64,000 nucleotides of DNA from a virus. The stretch lies in IMG/VR virus record IMGVR_UViG_3300042301_003932. One strand, written 5' to 3'. Numbering within the stretch: the stretch's first letter is position 1; every line of letters starts with the position of its first letter. The translations under genes were made by a program, and so were the position numbers. Positions 20,201 to 29,858 of this stretch are shown here, one piece after another. The notes under the pieces are model-generated. The model had not been told where the DNA came from. It was given only the letters and a program-made list of their open reading frames with translations, and did not search any database.

Positions 20201-20995
20201 TTCATAAACTCCCAATACATCACCAACACTAAAGTTATTTGAAAAGTCTGTATCTGATCCAGTAACAAAACCACTACCATCAATACTCAGAGTACCTGAA
20301 TAGTAGTTTTCTGAATAATAAAAATCATATCTTTTAAATAAAACGGATCTAAAGTCATAGTCAGTTCTATTTCCTCTTTCATCAATTCTTTCAGTAATTC
20401 TACCCTTTGCAGGATTACCTGTTCTTTCAGTTACGGTAAAAGATATATCGTAAGAAATCTCATCTAAAGGGTATTCTAATGAATATGCTTTAGGTGATAG
20501 AGAGTTAACACCCGTGGCTAATACAAGTATTGGTTCTGTTGCACCTGTTTTATAGTTGTTACCTACTATTGCATTACCATTTTGGTCAAAATCAGGTTGG
20601 TCATAACAAGTTTGAAAATCATTGATTAGGTAATACAATCCTGAATTTAATGTTTCACCTGTAAATAAATCATATAATTCACTATATGTTACAGACGTAT
20701 AAATTTCAGTTATAATTCCTGTTAAATTTGACCCATCACCAAACAATGTAGTAGCACTAAATGTATTGGCAGATAAACCATTTGTGAAATTTGTTGTGCC
20801 GGTTACTGTACCTCCTGTAAAAGATCCTCCACCAAAATCTTCAAGAGAACCATCTGGATTCTTTTTTTCAAATGACCCACTATTTAAATCAACCCCAACG
20901 TAATAAGTGTTAGTGGTTCCACTTAAATTATTGAAATCTTCTCCTGTAACGTAAATTGTGGTTTTACCATTATTTTGTTGTATTATTCTTCCCAT
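17219..20995 (-). CDS. Tail fibre / tailspike with Asn-rich beta-helix repeats (1258 aa)
   Basis: GDGSNLTG shaft motif, GLYYLINDFQT, many ~9-aa (IGNxFxxNx) repeats. Confidence 0.8.
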   Translation of the reverse strand: MGRIIQQNNGKTTIYVTGEDFNNLSGTTNTYYVGVDLNSGSFEKKNPDGSLEDFGGGSFTGGTVTGTTNFTNGLSANTFSATTLFGDGSNLTGIITEIYTSVTYSELYDLFTGETLNSGLYYLINDFQTCYDQPDFDQNGNAIVGNNYKTGATEPILVLATGVNSLSPKAYSLEYPLDEISYDISFTVTERTGNPAKGRITERIDERGNRTDYDFRSVLFKRYDFYYSENYYSGTLSIDGSGFVTGSDTDFSNNFSVGDVLGVYEGSFSNPTGCFRYYEILTISGATEMTVTGNTIQSNYNTPYSRGIQFNDYRSFHKTNIISNTAYTEYLTFEAPDVFNVKIGNYANLYNWQENPFLLSNNVFLDGSYLNITIGDESYDNTFDDDMNALSIGNNFYRNIITNDFDRNTIGNYFRNNIIICDMADNQIGNYFQYNMLGDNDGQDFDQNRIGNYFQANFLTFAGNEFFNNDIGDLFNGNLINTSFQNNHITVEFSNNRIDGSFNDNKVGSYFYNNKVYRDFNDNSLGNNFNTNTIYSNFYSNEILNNFNNITIGDSGNTSNFEFYENKIGNNFNNNTIRQNFSNNQIGNDFESNTLNGNFYENVIGNNFYNNPNIGYNFYGNHIGNDFESNELIGDYFQNNQIGNYFRDNGISYFFESNQIGNTFERNTLGDTQYFNWDNTNIENLTGRTYDTFFNSLYGNEGYNIGNVILGKELIMRFLRNSGTTITSGDLVIDETYEITNYQGSDDFSNVAYVISGVINTNGCIFIATGTTPTEWISNSELTELTSYDEYYRVKFTQWTQGGNGGGFSYERTKVYPTSEPTVYFTKTNYENVVDIIIPGRLEIKRNNGGAIYNDVLENSWDENVSPEGTEWNSIYTQNNNGSEFADNTIFNEFKGNYIRGYFQENNINSYVGGNEFSGDTYNNDIGVYTFGNDFLGGVYRNNWKGGFYQNIIGDTFENNSFGDSVYNNIIGQNFYSNNIKNNFYDNTIDDDFYSNNIGNLFINNTIGLNFQNNTIADNFGNDGTGSPGLTNQIFDDFKSNVIGNNFGNYLGVDGGNLINTGFSGNVIGDNFFFNVTDTNTTNNKIGNEFIFNLLSPNFVDNNVSNVCVGNTISSDFVSNKIGNYMAFNTINNTFENNDIGDYFGNGGSGTENVIDGTFTNNKIGNYFGNDTTNNVGGNSISNDFTNNVIRDTFYGNRINGTFQKNNITDNINSNDFSSSTYVYDTSMDKNIFNIQGGSAKLSYYDSSSVLNIVNITD

Positions 20996-21051
20996 TGTTT
21001 TTTATTTTATAAATATCTTTACTTTTCAAAAACAGATAGAGAATCTAAAAA

Positions 21052-21870
21052 TTAGAAGTAATTAAATTTTTCAAAGAACCATAAATAATTTTGCTTTATT
21101 ATTTCACAATTTTGTTCACCTAAAATTTCTAAATAATCTTTACGAGGTTCTTTAAGTTTTGATTCAATTTTGTGATCACCAAATATACCATGTATAACAT
21201 CATTTTCTTCTGTTAATTGTTCTATATTTTCAAAGTCATGTTGGTAGTAAGGTAGATCCAAATACTTGTATATTTTTTTAATTTCCATTTCTGGATTTTT
21301 ACAAAAATCTTCATATCTTAAAAATAAAATGTGTTGATCTAAATTTTGTTGTATCAAATCTTTTAACCATTCTAATGAAGGTCCGACAGGTGGAGAAACA
21401 GAAAAATGGACCATTCTTGAATCTGTTGTCATATTTTTTAATTCTGCACCATTAACAATTAACGGATCTATATGTGGATTTTTTCTATAGTTTTTTTCCA
21501 TTGACGCAAATATTGCCCTCAAGTCTCTAACCATAATTATTACTTTTGGGTTTTCTTCAAAAAATTCTAAAAAAGAAAAGTGACCTGACCATGCCCTACT
21601 TTTATCTAAAACATATGGTCTATCTGTGATTTCGTTGAAAAATCCCCATAACCCACCTTTACAAAAACCTTTAAATCCTTTTTTCATTAATTCCGGATCT
21701 TGTGCTCTAAATGCGTCTCCTGTTGAGTAAAGTGTTCTTGCTTGTAATAAAAACTCAACAACACCTGATGTTGGTGTTGAATATATTTCAGGATTTTGCA
21801 TCATAATATTTTGCAATAAAGTTGAACCTGCTCTTGGTAGTGATGCGTTAAAAAATATGTTTTTTATCAT
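21052..21870 (-). CDS. PAPS-dependent sulfotransferase
   Basis: 5'-PSB motif SLPRAGSTLL, then DKSR, MVRD....FAS and LRYEDF. Confidence 0.9.
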   Translation of the reverse strand: MIKNIFFNASLPRAGSTLLQNIMMQNPEIYSTPTSGVVEFLLQARTLYSTGDAFRAQDPELMKKGFKGFCKGGLWGFFNEITDRPYVLDKSRAWSGHFSFLEFFEENPKVIIMVRDLRAIFASMEKNYRKNPHIDPLIVNGAELKNMTTDSRMVHFSVSPPVGPSLEWLKDLIQQNLDQHILFLRYEDFCKNPEMEIKKIYKYLDLPYYQHDFENIEQLTEENDVIHGIFGDHKIESKLKEPRKDYLEILGEQNCEIIKQNYLWFFEKFNYF

Positions 21871-22751
21871 TTTGTTAAAGAATTAATAATTTTATCAAAA
21901 TCAAATAATACATCACCTTCAAATATTGGACATTCGTGTAATGACCCGTGAAAGTTATAATCAAATAAATATGAATCAGGTAACGGTATAGTTTTAGAAA
22001 TATTTGCAACTATATTGTCGTGTAAATCATAACCAAATATTTTAGGATTTGTTGCAACCCACAATACTGTTGATGGTAATTTAAGTGCAGCTGCTCCGTG
22101 TTGTAAACTTGAATCAATTAACAATCTTTTTTCAGACATCGTTAAAAGATAAAGTAACTCCATATTTGACATTGGTTGACTTTGTACTTCAACATCATCA
22201 ATAAAGTTAAGTTCATTTCTACATATTTGGATTATGTGGTAGTCTTTTTTAAACTGTTCCACAATTGATTTAGAAAGTAACTGTGGCATGTCTCTTGTCC
22301 AAGAATAAGGAAATGGTTGATCTAATAATGGCCCACCATTTGTTTGTATTAAAAATATCGGTTTTTCTCTTGACCATTTTTTTTGAAAAACCATTTGTTC
22401 TCTTAAATTGAATTTTACTTCAGGCATTTCACCTAACCAATTTAAGTTATATAAATTACACCAATTTTGAATTAAAGGTAATTTACCGTGAATATGTTCA
22501 GTTGTAAAATATGGTTCGTGTTTGAATACTAAAGAATCTTTATCTTTAACAAAATCATCATAGAAGTATGATGTTGTATTATTTCTATAAACTCTCCAAA
22601 CACAAGGTAGGTTTATAAATATTTCGGGATAGGAACAAACAATTATTAATTTCCTATCTTTATGGTTATTTTTAATTGTTTTTGCAACTGCGGTTGCTGC
22701 GATGTGTTTTCCTAAACCACCTTCTATATGAAATATTGCATATTTTTCCAT
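21867..22751 (-). CDS. GT9-like (heptosyltransferase-fold) glycosyltransferase
   Basis: N-terminal GGLGK and IDSSLQHGAAALKLPSTVLW, matching the GT9 D-S-x-x-x-H-x-AAA motif. Confidence 0.75.
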   Translation of the reverse strand: MEKYAIFHIEGGLGKHIAATAVAKTIKNNHKDRKLIIVCSYPEIFINLPCVWRVYRNNTTSYFYDDFVKDKDSLVFKHEPYFTTEHIHGKLPLIQNWCNLYNLNWLGEMPEVKFNLREQMVFQKKWSREKPIFLIQTNGGPLLDQPFPYSWTRDMPQLLSKSIVEQFKKDYHIIQICRNELNFIDDVEVQSQPMSNMELLYLLTMSEKRLLIDSSLQHGAAALKLPSTVLWVATNPKIFGYDLHDNIVANISKTIPLPDSYLFDYNFHGSLHECPIFEGDVLFDFDKIINSLTK

Positions 22752-22801
22752 GACTTTTTAATCAAATATTAATAAAGTCAAAAGAAAAATAAATAAAACT
22801 A

Positions 22802-23041
22802 TTAGTTCAAATAATTTTTACCTGAAATAATTGTGTTATCTATTTCAGATCTTTGTTCTGTTGTTAGTGCGTTTGAAAAAAACTCTTTACCTAACATAAT
22901 TTCTAAATGTTCAACATTTCTTTTTACCAAATCTTTATTTTCATCATCGGTAGGTTTAGTGATTGTTTCGTTAATTAAATTAACTGAGTCAAAAGCGGCA
23001 CTAATTGATTGTTGTGTGTTTACTATAAACTCTTCTTCCAT
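22802..23041 (-). CDS. Small helical protein, possible fibre assembly chaperone
   Basis: DSVNLI...RNVEHLEIML. Directly follows the fibre gene. Confidence 0.5.
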   Translation of the reverse strand: MEEEFIVNTQQSISAAFDSVNLINETITKPTDDENKDLVKRNVEHLEIMLGKEFFSNALTTEQRSEIDNTIISGKNYLN

Positions 23042-23062
23042 TTTTTATATTTTTTTTAATTA

Positions 23063-25339
23063 TTATACCAATAATATTTTATGGTTAACACCATTTAATA
23101 CTACAGATAATGTTCTTGTTGAAGTGCAAGATTCTATATTTATTGGACCAACTTGATAAGTTGAGGAACCTAAAACGAATTGATTGTTTGCGGTTGCGGT
23201 TGCACAAGCACCTAAAATAACTGAATTTGAAAAATTTCCAGTGTTTGTTCGAGACCCTAATGCCGTGTTAGTGTTACCTGTTATGTTTCCAATTAAAGAA
23301 AGAAAACCAACACCAACATTATTAGAACCTATTGTGTTATAAGGTGAAGAAGCACCACCAAGTGATACGTTATAATTTCCTATTGTGTTAACATTTAAAG
23401 AACAAGAACCTAAAGCAACATTTGTACATCCACTAGTGTTACAAAACAACGATTGTCTACCAATGGCCACATTATCACCACCTACCGTATTACATACCAT
23501 AGAACCGAAACCTAGTGAAGTATTATAACTACCGGTGGTGTTTGAACGCATAGATTCAAAGCCTACGGATGTATTAGAATTAGCGGTAGTATTTTGTCTT
23601 AAAGTATCGTTCCCTATTGCGATATTTCGAGCGCCTTCAGTATTGTTTATTAAAGTACAAGTACCTAAACCAACGTTTTGAAAACCTGTTGTATTATAAC
23701 GTAAAGAATTACAACCAATACTAATATTACCACCACCACTACTATTATTACGTAAGGCATTATAACCTATAGCAATATTTACTGAACCATCGGTATTACA
23801 AAATAGTGATTGTCTACCAATACCGATATTATTAAATCCCGTAGTGTTACTACGCAAAGAATTACAACCTAAAGCAATGTTAGAACATCCTGTTGTATTA
23901 CAACGTAAAGAATACCTACCTAATGCAATATTATTATCCCCCGTAGTATTTGAACATAAACTAATAAGCCCCAAAGCAATGTTATGAGATCCGGTTGTGT
24001 TATTACGTAAAGAATACCTACCCATACTAATATTACAACTTCCGTTTGTATTAAATAACATACTACAATCACCAAAAGAAATATTTCTTGTACCTGTAGA
24101 GTTTGTCTGAAGAGACTTTAATCCAATCGCAATATTAAAACTTCCATTTGTGTTACATCGCAACGTACTATAACCAAGTCCAATATTTGAGTCTCCACCC
24201 ATACCGTTATTACATAAAGAATATCTACCTAATGCAATATTATTGCTCGCAACAGTATTTGAAAATAGACTTTGGTTACCAATTGCTATGTTGTTAAACC
24301 CCATAGTGTTTGACCTCAAACTATATCTTCCTAATGCCACATTATACCCTCCCGTTGTATTACAACGTAACCCATACTGACCTAATGCAATATTATGACA
24401 ACCTGTGGTGTTATTATACAAAGAAAACCGACCTAAACTAATATTATTACTACCTGTAGTGTTATTATATAGGGAACTATTTCCAATCGCAATATTTTCT
24501 GTGCCTGAAATATTTTTACTTAATGCGCCAGCATTTATCGCCGTATTACTACTACCATTAATGTTATTTGCTAAAGTACGATAACCAATTGCTACGTTTA
24601 CACCTCCTATAGTATTATTACGTAAAGAACAAAATCCTAACCCTACGTTAAAACATCCTGTTGTGTTAGATAAGAGCGAATACCTACCCAACGATACGTT
24701 GTCGCGACCAGTTGTGTTACTGTAAAGTGAACAACAACCCAACGATATGTTGTTATTTCCTGTTGTATTTGCTCGTAGTGAATTTTGACCCAAAGATATG
24801 TTGTTACTTCCTGTTGTGTTTGAACATAAACTGAATCGACCCAAAGCAATATTACAACCTCCTGTTGTGTTGGTGTTTAACACCGAGCAACCTAACGCAA
24901 GATTATAACGACCCGTAGTATTAGCGTTTAAAACCGAATTACCTAATGCAATATTATTGGATCCGGCAGTATTACTATATAATACCCCACTACCAATACC
25001 AATATTACGACATCCACTTGTATTAGAAAATAAAGAAAAACAACCAATCGCAACATTTAACGTCCCCCCCGTATTACTACGTAAGGATTGATTGCCTAAT
25101 GCAATATTATGGCATCCTGTTGTATTTGAATTTAACGCAAACCTACCCAAAGCAACATTATCCGTTCCTGTTGTTGTATTATTTAATGAAAATCCACTCT
25201 GTAATATATTATTACTTGCATTTGCGGTGAATCCAGTAAATGATCCCCCACCACTAACTCCCGTTAAATTAGAACCATCACCATAGAGTGTTGTTCCACT
25301 TATTGTTGTTGCACTTATTATGTCTGTATTAAATCCCAT
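23063..25339 (-). CDS. Tail fibre with YadA-head-like 17-aa repeats, Cys-rich
   Basis: About 38 repeats of NTTGxxNIALGxxSLxx, N-terminal YGDGSNLTG, about 29 Cys. Confidence 0.85.
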   Translation of the reverse strand: MGFNTDIISATTISGTTLYGDGSNLTGVSGGGSFTGFTANASNNILQSGFSLNNTTTGTDNVALGRFALNSNTTGCHNIALGNQSLRSNTGGTLNVAIGCFSLFSNTSGCRNIGIGSGVLYSNTAGSNNIALGNSVLNANTTGRYNLALGCSVLNTNTTGGCNIALGRFSLCSNTTGSNNISLGQNSLRANTTGNNNISLGCCSLYSNTTGRDNVSLGRYSLLSNTTGCFNVGLGFCSLRNNTIGGVNVAIGYRTLANNINGSSNTAINAGALSKNISGTENIAIGNSSLYNNTTGSNNISLGRFSLYNNTTGCHNIALGQYGLRCNTTGGYNVALGRYSLRSNTMGFNNIAIGNQSLFSNTVASNNIALGRYSLCNNGMGGDSNIGLGYSTLRCNTNGSFNIAIGLKSLQTNSTGTRNISFGDCSMLFNTNGSCNISMGRYSLRNNTTGSHNIALGLISLCSNTTGDNNIALGRYSLRCNTTGCSNIALGCNSLRSNTTGFNNIGIGRQSLFCNTDGSVNIAIGYNALRNNSSGGGNISIGCNSLRYNTTGFQNVGLGTCTLINNTEGARNIAIGNDTLRQNTTANSNTSVGFESMRSNTTGSYNTSLGFGSMVCNTVGGDNVAIGRQSLFCNTSGCTNVALGSCSLNVNTIGNYNVSLGGASSPYNTIGSNNVGVGFLSLIGNITGNTNTALGSRTNTGNFSNSVILGACATATANNQFVLGSSTYQVGPINIESCTSTRTLSVVLNGVNHKILLV

Positions 25340-25345
25340 ATCTTT

Positions 25346-26356
25346 TTAATTAAATGTTCCTGAAATTATCCAATTACCGATCACCCTTTTTTCAACTATG
25401 AAGTTTGCTCCTGATATTGACATTCTCCATGAACCATTGGTTGATGAATCACCAAAATAAAGGTATCCTGTTGAATCTATATATGTGTTTGATGCTTGTA
25501 AAGTTGTTGCTGATAGTGTATTTGCCGTTAATCCATTTGTAAAAGAAGTAGAGCCGGTAACAGTACCCCCACTTAATGGAAGATATTTACCTGTAACGTT
25601 ATCAGGTAAATTTTGATATGTTGTTGCCGAAAGTATTCCATTTATAGTTAACCCACTAAATCCGTCAATATATGTATTTAAACTATTATTTGTATTATCA
25701 GTTAAAGTAATTGTATTAGTTGAACTATCGTATGTTGATGCGGTTAAAAACGTATTTGAATCTCCAGTTAAAGAACTAATATTAACAGTATATGCCGATT
25801 GAGATACATTTGTGTTAAAATAAATAATTCCGTCATTATATGTTGCTCCTGTTGTGAAAACATCTGTTGTTCCTGTATAAAATCCATTAACGGTGACATC
25901 GGCCCCGTTACTTGTTGAAAGTGTTAGTGTTCCTCCAGAGTATGTCCCTGAAGTAATTAAATCACCAAATGTTGGTAAATCAACCAAAACCGTTTGTCCT
26001 GAACCACTAATTGTTCCTCCACTTAAAGTATATACATCACCATTTAAAACAATTAATTGAGAATTTTCATTTAATAATAAAGTGCCAAAAACATACAAAT
26101 CACCATAAATAAAACTTTGTGAATAAGAATCAATTTCTACTGTTGTTCCTGAAGGTATGTACCATCTATTATCAACGTTGATATCTACACTTGATATGGT
26201 ACCTCCAGTTGGATTTATTAAACTTAGTGTGCTTGAAGAAAATGTTAACCCTGAAACCCCAATAGATTGTAGATAATAAAGATTATTATCCATATCTAAA
26301 TTGGTTAATTTTGACCCCTTAGCGTCAGGCCCATATTGTCTTGTAACTAAACTCAT
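25346..26356 (-). CDS. Tail fibre-related protein
   Basis: KGSKLTNLDMDNN N terminus, YLPLSGGTVTG motif, Thr/Ser/Gly-rich. Confidence 0.7.
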   Translation of the reverse strand: MSLVTRQYGPDAKGSKLTNLDMDNNLYYLQSIGVSGLTFSSSTLSLINPTGGTISSVDINVDNRWYIPSGTTVEIDSYSQSFIYGDLYVFGTLLLNENSQLIVLNGDVYTLSGGTISGSGQTVLVDLPTFGDLITSGTYSGGTLTLSTSNGADVTVNGFYTGTTDVFTTGATYNDGIIYFNTNVSQSAYTVNISSLTGDSNTFLTASTYDSSTNTITLTDNTNNSLNTYIDGFSGLTINGILSATTYQNLPDNVTGKYLPLSGGTVTGSTSFTNGLTANTLSATTLQASNTYIDSTGYLYFGDSSTNGSWRMSISGANFIVEKRVIGNWIISGTFN

Positions 26357-26379
26357 TTTTTATTTAATAAATATAATGT

Positions 26380-28308
26380 TTATTCAAAATAACCACATTC
26401 GTCATAATAACCATCAATGTATTCATTGGTACAAAGACAATTAGGGCACCAAAAATTAAGTAAATTAAATTTATCTTTTAATACTCTAAAGTTATGTTGT
26501 ATTTGTGGTGAACTTAATGGTTCTACATACATTCTAAATTGAGAAATCCCCCCCATAAAAGTTCCACCAAAATTTTGTTCTAATAATATATTTGTTGAAA
26601 TTCCCGAAAAGGTGGTTGCACTTAATATGTTATTTGGGAATAGTTCGGGATCTTGTATGTAAGGGCCGTTTGGTAATGAGCAACCTGAAAAAATTAAGTG
26701 ATCATGTAATCCTTGAGTCCCCCCACCAAACGAAATATTAAAAGGAACACCAACTTGTTTTTCTTTTTCTGTATTTAATTCTCTTGGTATAATCTCCTCA
26801 AAGTCTTCAATAACTAAAAACAAATAACCATTAACATATAGTTTTAATGTTCCTAATCTATAATTTAATTCATCAAACCATTTTTTATCAAATCTAACAA
26901 TGTGTATTTTTCTTTCAGGTGTTGATCCTGGATGTGTTTCAGGTGGTGAAATTAAATTAACTGACTTACCATCTATTGATGATTGTGTTGTAACAACTCT
27001 TAAATCGTTTAACCCACCTAAATTTAATAAATCACACTCCTCAATGGTTGTGTACCGTTCAAAAACGGCACTTATCATAACCCACTTTTCTTCGGTATTA
27101 TCACCACATTCTAACCCACATAAATCATATATCGGTTGTGATATTACTTCGGTTAATGTATACCCTGTTTGGAATGTTACACCTGTTGTTTCGCAACTTC
27201 CTGTGGTTACACAGTCTCCTGTAATTTTTAAATATTTTACAGCAATACTTGGATTTTCAGGGCAACCATCAAATCTTAAAGATATCGCACTTGACAAGAC
27301 ATCAAATTTTGGATCGGTTTCTGGTAGCGGTACGATTTCTGTACTTGCACACCCACAATTACATCCAAGATTGTGTACCGTAGTAAATCCGTTGTTAGGG
27401 TAAACGTGAATACAATTTGCGTTTGTAACTCCCGTATTTGAACAAGCACAAGACTCAATACATGTTAACCCACTTGTGATTCTAGTGTAACCTGAGTCAG
27501 ATGATGGAGATCCGTTGGCTTCGTGATAATATTTATTCTCCGCTCGTGTACCAAAATAAAAGAACGTACCAGCATTTGATGGGTATATATCATTTAAATA
27601 CTGTTCGGTGTTAGGGTTTAAAGAATACTCTTCAAATGTTCTTGGTTTTAACATCATCTCAACAGACCAACCCTTATTTACCCTTTCAGGAAAAACCTCA
27701 TAATCGTACCCATTTAATTTATAAAATCCTTGATAAAACCCACCGTATAACTCTTGATAGTAACCAACGGTACTCGCACTTTTTGATACAATATTATATA
27801 TACTATCTTTTGGTCTTCCTGAAAATTTTACGTTTGGTAACTCAACCACGCTTCTTACAGGGTGCATTTTAAACCTACTATCTCTATAATGAGGGTGAAA
27901 CTTGTACGTATCATCTATACCTTTAATATAATATAAAGTTTCTCCTGACATTTTTGTAAATAACCCGTTATCGGTAGCAACAAGACCAACATCACAAATA
28001 CCTGTATATGCGGTATAACAACTGTAGTCTAAATTTTTTGGGTTATAAAAGTTTTTTGAAACAAATGTGTTTCCAAAAATATAGTCACCGTATTTTAACG
28101 TCGGTTGTATGGTTGTGCCTGTATTATTTAAATCAATATAAATTGGTAATCGGTTTCCATCATTAATACCAATTACATCAGTAGAAAAAACAACTTCTTC
28201 ATCATAACTTCCTTCATCTGACGCTAAAGTTAAGTCAAAATACTGACCATAATTCAGTTTTGTGGTGTATTTTGGGTAATAATAAGAATTAATGTTTTGA
28301 CTTGGCAT
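26380..28308 (-). CDS. LamG/concanavalin-like structural protein with Cys-rich insertions
   Basis: WSVEMMLKP, WVMISAVF, LKLYVNG, FMGGISQFRMY...LSSPQIQHNF. Confidence 0.65.
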   Translation of the reverse strand: MPSQNINSYYYPKYTTKLNYGQYFDLTLASDEGSYDEEVVFSTDVIGINDGNRLPIYIDLNNTGTTIQPTLKYGDYIFGNTFVSKNFYNPKNLDYSCYTAYTGICDVGLVATDNGLFTKMSGETLYYIKGIDDTYKFHPHYRDSRFKMHPVRSVVELPNVKFSGRPKDSIYNIVSKSASTVGYYQELYGGFYQGFYKLNGYDYEVFPERVNKGWSVEMMLKPRTFEEYSLNPNTEQYLNDIYPSNAGTFFYFGTRAENKYYHEANGSPSSDSGYTRITSGLTCIESCACSNTGVTNANCIHVYPNNGFTTVHNLGCNCGCASTEIVPLPETDPKFDVLSSAISLRFDGCPENPSIAVKYLKITGDCVTTGSCETTGVTFQTGYTLTEVISQPIYDLCGLECGDNTEEKWVMISAVFERYTTIEECDLLNLGGLNDLRVVTTQSSIDGKSVNLISPPETHPGSTPERKIHIVRFDKKWFDELNYRLGTLKLYVNGYLFLVIEDFEEIIPRELNTEKEKQVGVPFNISFGGGTQGLHDHLIFSGCSLPNGPYIQDPELFPNNILSATTFSGISTNILLEQNFGGTFMGGISQFRMYVEPLSSPQIQHNFRVLKDKFNLLNFWCPNCLCTNEYIDGYYDECGYFE

Positions 28309-28319
28309 TCTTTTTTATG

Positions 28320-28345
28320 ATAAATAGTTTAATCGCGGTATTTAT
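28320..28345. promoter_or_regulatory. Back-to-back divergent TATTTAT motifs
   Basis: ataaata at 28320-28326 serves the minus-strand gene; tatttat at 28339-28345 serves the plus-strand gene. Confidence 0.65.
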
Positions 28346-28358
28346 AGGTAAAGCCTAG

Positions 28359-29114
28359 ATGAAAACATATAAATATTCAACAAAGGAAAGAGCAGAAAGA
28401 GTTGCAAAAACTTTGGGGTGTTCTGGATTTCACTATCATAACGAAGATGGTAATAGAAAGTATATGCCATGTAAGGATATGAAAACCTTTAAAGAAAAAA
28501 CAAAAAAAGAAACTAAGGGTAAAGAAACTGAAGTTAATGAGTTAATAGACGACGATGGGACTTGGTTAACATCTGCTATTCCAATATTAGATCCTGCAAG
28601 TGCAGGTATTGGTACTAAAACCACCGACCAAATTGTCCCTGCCGCTAGAATGCCAAGAGACCCACTATTAAGGGGTTGGTACGGATACTATGGTGAGGGT
28701 ACAATTGCCGAAGAAGATATGGCAGACGCATTTGGTTATGAAGACACTATGTTTATGGACTACGACGAAACAGTTAGATACTTTCAAAAAAAATTAGGGT
28801 TAGATAAAGAATCGGCAATAGAAAGGACCGTTCAACAAGGCAAAAAACCTAAACTACACAAAAGAACACCAAAAAAAATAAGTAAGTTAAAAAATTATAT
28901 TGATAGACTTATTTTAAAAGAAAAGGAAATTGACGAATCGGAAATTGCCGAAGATATTTTAGTTGATAAATCAAAAAGAGAAAGTTTAGAAAAAAAAGAA
29001 CAAAGTGATGTTAATAACATTATTTTGAAAAATATAAAATCCTTGAAAAAAATGGCAAATAGTCAAGGTATAACAACACAACAATTAGTAAGATTAATAA
29101 GTCGTGAACAGTAA
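28359..29114 (+). CDS. Protein with N-terminal DUF3721-like Cys/His motif
   Basis: YSTKERAERVAKTLGCSGFHYH...YMPC. Confidence 0.6.
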   Translation: MKTYKYSTKERAERVAKTLGCSGFHYHNEDGNRKYMPCKDMKTFKEKTKKETKGKETEVNELIDDDGTWLTSAIPILDPASAGIGTKTTDQIVPAARMPRDPLLRGWYGYYGEGTIAEEDMADAFGYEDTMFMDYDETVRYFQKKLGLDKESAIERTVQQGKKPKLHKRTPKKISKLKNYIDRLILKEKEIDESEIAEDILVDKSKRESLEKKEQSDVNNIILKNIKSLKKMANSQGITTQQLVRLISREQ

Positions 29115-29565
29115 TTTATACGATAGAAAGGCAAAATTGCCAGATGATTTAATTAAACATTTAAAACAATGTTTTTCTTCTGTTAATGCTGACACTAACA
29201 CTGAAGGGTACAATAGAAATGAAGAAATAACAAAAAGTGGTGTAGTTACGTACCAACAAATCAAAAGAATAAAAAATTGGTTTGATGGTTATAGTGGAAA
29301 AAAAGAAGATGCACCATTTATTTTAAATGGTGGTGATAGAATGAAAAGTTGGTGTGATGAGGTTTTACGTGTTTGGAGAGATAATGACTCGTCAAGTAAA
29401 CAACATAAATCAGATGGTGGGATGCAAAATCAATTTTTAGACTCTCACGAAAAGAATGGCTTTAACTTAGGTGATAAACATGGTTCTACAGCGGACGAAT
29501 TAAAAGTGGAATCTATAAATGAAGAAATAAATAGAATAAATAAACTTATAAAAATAACACAATAA
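29104..29565 (+). CDS. Conserved phage protein, possibly head-associated
   Basis: TYQQIKRIKNWF...LNGGDRMKSW; C-terminal ESINEEINRI. Confidence 0.55.
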   Translation: MNSNLYDRKAKLPDDLIKHLKQCFSSVNADTNTEGYNRNEEITKSGVVTYQQIKRIKNWFDGYSGKKEDAPFILNGGDRMKSWCDEVLRVWRDNDSSSKQHKSDGGMQNQFLDSHEKNGFNLGDKHGSTADELKVESINEEINRINKLIKITQ

Positions 29566-29858
29566 TGGCAGTTCAATCAGATAAATTAGATTTCTCTCAA
29601 CCTGACAATGCGTTGTCAAAAATCGCAGAAGAACAAAGAAAAAAATTATTTCCAAGAAATGATTATAAACCAACCGATCCTTACTCTACCGTTCATCCTG
29701 ATGCTATTGCAAATGGTGATAAATTAGGTAGAGGTACGGGTGTTGAATTAGATATATATAATCAAAATATTGGTACCGCGTCTGACGTTCAAGATAGAAA
29801 AGAAGATTTAAAAATTAATAAATACTCACAAAACAACCCATATTACAACGTTAGATGA
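29565..29858 (+). CDS. Hypothetical protein
   Basis: Translationally coupled on both sides. Confidence 0.6.
   Translation: MAVQSDKLDFSQPDNALSKIAEEQRKKLFPRNDYKPTDPYSTVHPDAIANGDKLGRGTGVELDIYNQNIGTASDVQDRKEDLKINKYSQNNPYYNVR

Noticed and set aside
17219-25339. Diversity-generating retroelement target (Asn-rich repeats)
   Set aside because: No reverse transcriptase and no near-identical TR/VR pair differing at adenines was seen in this window.
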